From the NCBI GenBank assembly GCA_002633005.1, contig NMRA01000094.1:646597-710596 (forward strand): a stretch of 64,000 bases of DNA. The letters are read 5' to 3'. The stretch comes from Phoronis australis (taxonomy: Eukaryota > Animalia > Phoronida). Below are positions 59,723-64,000 of the stretch, piece after piece (within the stretch, counting starts at the first letter, position 1; every line of letters starts with the position of its first letter). The position numbers and the translations under genes are program-made. The notes beneath the pieces are model-generated. The model did not search any database. It saw nothing but the letters and a program-made list of their open reading frames with translations, and was not told where the DNA came from.

Positions 59723-62700
59723 GTAAGTTGGGGACTGGAGGGAACTCTTTTATTAATGTGAAAATATTTATATGACGACCAGTTGCGTGAATGGACTAGT
59801 TGTGCTTTCTCTGATCCATAAAAGATGAATTCACTAATGTTGAAAAACTGAACTTAAGGAATGTAAGCACTCTTTGTCAGAGGTAATAATGTAAAAAGGC
59901 TAAGAAATGTTCAGCAGTTTGTTGATCATTTCTGGTGATTGCTCATGTTTTGTTTGTTCTACCAGAACTTTTAGGAGCTGTAAATGCTTTGTGTATGATT
60001 GTATTCCACACACCAGTTGAGTACATGGTCAAGTTTACCTCCACTGTACTAAATACCCCTCTCCTGCGCAATGTGTCTAAACTGTACCAAGGGATCTGAT
60101 GATGTGTCTGTGACCCCTTGTAAAGAGACAGAGTAAGAAAATATATATGAAACCAATTAATTTTGTAGGTTTTATGAACCCTGAAAAATTCAGAATGAGC
60201 CTAAAAATGTAGAAGATTGATCCACTTGAGTTGGATGTATTATCATGAACATTAAAACATGAAATGTCTAAAAACCATTATTGTTGTTGCATTCAGATGT
60301 AGGCAGTTGTAGTTCTGGGCATGTTAAGGTCACAGCAAGATCCCTGTATGACATGTGCTGCCCTCAGTCAGGTAGCTTCTATGCTCTTTTAGAATGAAGT
60401 ACATGTTGCGTGAAAAATTAATTTGGTAAAAGTTAAATATCCTCCCTCCAAAGGAACTCCACTCATTTACTGTATGACATGATGCAATTAGCATTCTTTC
60501 TGTGGTGAAGCATTATACTTATTTTATGTCGATAATTCTGGAGTCTTACTGCAATAAATGTCCATCTCCTAACTACTAGAATGTGATACAGTCTTGTTTA
60601 TTAACATTATATTGGTGACATTTACATGGTAACCCAATGGCAAGTTGAAATTGCACTCCTCATTCTGTTTGTTGTACACTGTGCAGGTCTCGTCATTTTC
60701 AGTGTTGCAACATGGACACACATTTCCAACTATACTAGTTTAACAATTATACAATAGACTCTCACCAATGGCAGACAAGTGAAATTTTATTTTATTTTGA
60801 CATTTTTTTCATAAGCCAATTAACATTTTACTTTTTTCAAATTCTGTTCCATAGTTATCATCAGTCAGCATTTTACAAAATCATGAACGTTCACAGTAAT
60901 GAATATAATCGTGAACGTTCACAATAATGCTAAGAAACTTAATGTGAATTGTGTTCACATTATAAAGTTGGTCACTCTGAATGAGTATTGTGTTAAATTT
61001 TGGCCCCATGAAAAATTAGGCATGGGCCATTTTAATAGGGTCTGAATGAGGATTAAATGTAATATGAGTATGGTGGACATTTTCTTATAGACGGAGTAGT
61101 CTTGTCAGTGAAATAATCATCCACTCTCGTAAAAAACGATCCTTTTGTTTGAGAGACTATTGGGTAGATTGTGTGGTACACTTGTGTTCACTTCAAGTGT
61201 CAACTTCCCCAAGTGGGGCATTGCTCATGGTACATCCCCTCAATTTTCGATGTGCCCTTGCGGTTTGTCACCAATTCTCCACAAGTGACCCCTCACAACT
61301 AACTGATTGGTTTCCGACAGTAACAGGCTAATTTCTTCACAAATTGAAAATTCTCCACGTTGAGATCCTGTAGAAAAGTTTTGCGGGTTCATTTTTCAAT
61401 GCTGAAAAAACTGCCCGTGCGGTAAATTTTCCTGGTGTCAAAATCTGCTACTATAGAAGCTCTCTAATACTGTAAGTTTTAAACAGTGTTGACCAGTGCA
61501 TGGTGTGATAAATAACATACTCTTAGAATTGAAATGTACAACTAATTATGTTAGTTAGTGTCTAAGAGCACTAAAAATTGATTGCAAGAAAATGTGGTCA
61601 TTGAAAAGAAACGTGAAAATCCTTTCAAGTAGACAGTAGACATTAACCTAAACAGGTAGAAATATGACAGTAAATAAACAACAAAGCAAACTTAAAATAT
61701 CTCAAGGTTGTTTTGAAAGACCATGCAAATGCAAAAATATTGTTGAAATACGCGTTAACATGAATCATATGCACAACCACCTTTGCCTTTGGTTTCGGGA
61801 ATCTAGTTCTTTGCACACACTTATCTTCCTCAATCACTGTAGTTGCAATGACAACTTTCTTTGTAAGCAGACGTGTTTGGTGAAGGGACTTGATGTACCG
61901 ACTGTTCTTTTGTTGTTTTTTATGTTGTTCTGTTTTAACCTCAAGTGTTCTATGTGAACTTTTTTCTTTCAACCAGTTCCCATTAATTAAAATTCCTTTT
62001 GTGGTTAGTGTTTTAGCCTACCTTTTTTGCATGCAAGTTTATTGTTTGAGTATGTCCTTGGGTGAGAGTGAATCAGAATAGATAATTCCACTTTAAGCTT
62101 TTCAATTGAATCTGAAACAGAGCTTCAAAATATGTTTGACTTAACAATCAGCAACTTTCACAGAGACAAAAACTGATGGCAAGGGTTATGATGACTTTTA
62201 CTGCTTTCAACTGGCTAGGGAAGAAATGTTCCACAAAAGTGAACATTGTCTGAAGTATGAAGGTTAGATTGCCACCTGGTGCGAAGTGGATGTGCCTCCC
62301 TCTGCTTGTGCGATCCTCCCTCTATGGACATGAAGTGAAATTACATCCTTCTACTGGTGTGAAGTGGAAGTACATCCCTCTACTGTCATGATCCTCCCTC
62401 TGTTCATTTGAATTGGAAATACCTATCTCTGTGGGTGTAAAATGAAAGTACCTCCCTCTATTGGTGTAAAGTGGAAGTATCTCCCTCTACTGACATGTTA
62501 AAGTACCTCCCACTTGTGGTGTGGTCCTGCTACCTCCCTCCATGGCGTGAAGTGGAAGAACCTCCCTCTCTTACCAGGTGACAGCACGAGTCTTGTATCC
62601 ATTGTGATCAGTCATCAGTTCTCTATGAAAGTCTCTCAAAGTATCATCTTTTAAGAAAACACTCTTTAAGAGGGACTGAATTTTGAACCATAATCGTTTC

Positions 62701-62802
62701 CACAATTAGTTAATTCAACTCAAGTTGTGGACTGCTAATTTTCCATTCCGTTTCAGTTCTCTTGATCATTTGCACTATTGTTTCTGCACTAATCCCCTAC
62801 AG

Positions 62803-62949
62803 GACAGGTGTCGCAGTCAAAGCATGCAAATAGAGCGTGACCAGCGAAACATTCCCACGGTATTATTGACACGGGCATCTACGTTTGACGGAAAGCCATC
62901 TCCTCCCCCCAGTCCTAGGTCATCCCCGTTTGACCCCGAGTTGGAAAAG
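62803..62949 (+). CDS. Probable symmetric exon of the PLEKHG5-like gene (DRCRSQSMQIERDQRNIPTVLLTRASTFDGKPSPPPSPRSSPFDPELEK)
   Basis: Branch point cactaat and ctacag acceptor; AAG|gtgatt donor; 147 nt, phase 0-0. Confidence 0.6.
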
Positions 62950-63710
62950 GTGATTGTTAATAGACTTATGCTGTGTTGGAGTACTTGGCTATCTTCTCTT
63001 CCAATAATCAAATTTCTTTAATAACTTTTAAGTATTAGATGTAGACTTAAAAAGCTATATTGTTTTGAAGTCTTTGATGGTCACAAAATCTAATATTTCG
63101 TGCACAAAAGTAATGCCAAAATGTTTGTAATCACATGTCTTTTTTCTATAAAATGTAATTCTGTTAAAAATAGTAGTTGGTGTTCATGTTAATGAAAGTG
63201 ACTGTGATCATGGTGAAAAATTACAATTTTTTTTATGAAATGCACTCCTGATTCCAAACGTTTTTGTGTATCATTGAGGGTTTTAAGTTGTATAGTTTCA
63301 TGAGTCTGCAATTTATATTTGAAAAAATGATTCAAGAAATTTGGGCCTTGGTGACAAAGGTAGCCAATTACCTTAAAGCTCGTCTGTGCTTCTGAGACGC
63401 TTAATACAGTCTGCATAGCTTTTTGCTTTGTGACGTTACTGTCATGCAATGGCCAGTGACTTATCCAAGATTTTCTGCATGTTTTCAACTGCTTGCTATA
63501 TTCTTGTTGTTTATCTATGCTGTTGTACAGAATGGCTCTGTACTAGACTTACTTGAGAAAAAACTACAGTTCGAAGCATTGCCTTTTTTCTCAAGTAAGT
63601 CCATCACAAATTTATAATTTTTCAGTATTTTTTAATGAAAGGTACTATTGCAAGCTCTTGCTTTTTCAAAGATTTAGTAATTAAATATTAGCTTTCACCG
63701 TATTAGGTCT

Positions 63711-63893
63711 GTGCAGTGGAGGTCAGAACTGTTTCATTCTCTTTTCCATGTTTGATAGGGAATTTGTCAATACTGTGGAGGTCAGAACTGTTTCATTCTC
63801 TTTTCCATGTTTGGTAGGGAATTTGTCAATAGTGTGGAGGTCAGAACTGTTTCATTCTCTTTTTCATGTTTGATAGGGAATTTGTCAATAGTG
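63711..63893. repeat. Tandem repeat, 59-bp unit, 3 copies
   Basis: tggaggtcagaactgtttcattctcttttccatgtttgatagggaatttgtcaata. Confidence 0.95.
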
Positions 63894-64000
63894 ATTTCTT
63901 TTGCTATTTTCTATTTTCAAAAGTCGGAAGTATCTTGTAATTGTCTCCGTGCTTGTTTTGTGTACAATTTGAGATTGCTGGCAGCTTTTGGTGAAATTTT

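Overview
AT-rich eukaryotic genomic DNA that looks like a repeat-rich invertebrate assembly, with a 415-N gap at 9825-10239. The only host gene is the 5' half of a + strand, intron-rich PLEKHG5 (Syx/Tech/GEF720)-like RhoGEF. Its phase-compatible exons at 1178-1301, 44257-44315, 58310-58439, 58818-58956, 59596-59722 and 62803-62949 give an N-terminal CQNPDC...VCHHGDC...LCAECD..IH...H module and a KRKK...RRPHTE motif. There is also a large alternative first exon (54863-55780) and several short candidate first exons. The DH/PH exons would lie beyond the window. The introns are filled with nested non-autonomous DNA transposons: TTAA-targeting Kolobok-type elements (two with convergent THAP-transposase and KolX relics), five TA-flanked CCGTA-ended Tc2/pogo-type elements, a related HIRAN-carrying relic, hAT MITEs with 8-bp TSDs, Helentron-associated (HINE/DINE-like) elements carrying CTCF-like motifs, a Penelope GIY-YIG relic, a foldback MITE and many minisatellites. 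No intact transposase, rRNA, bona fide tRNA or CRISPR array is present. All family assignments rest on motifs recognised by eye, not on database searches.
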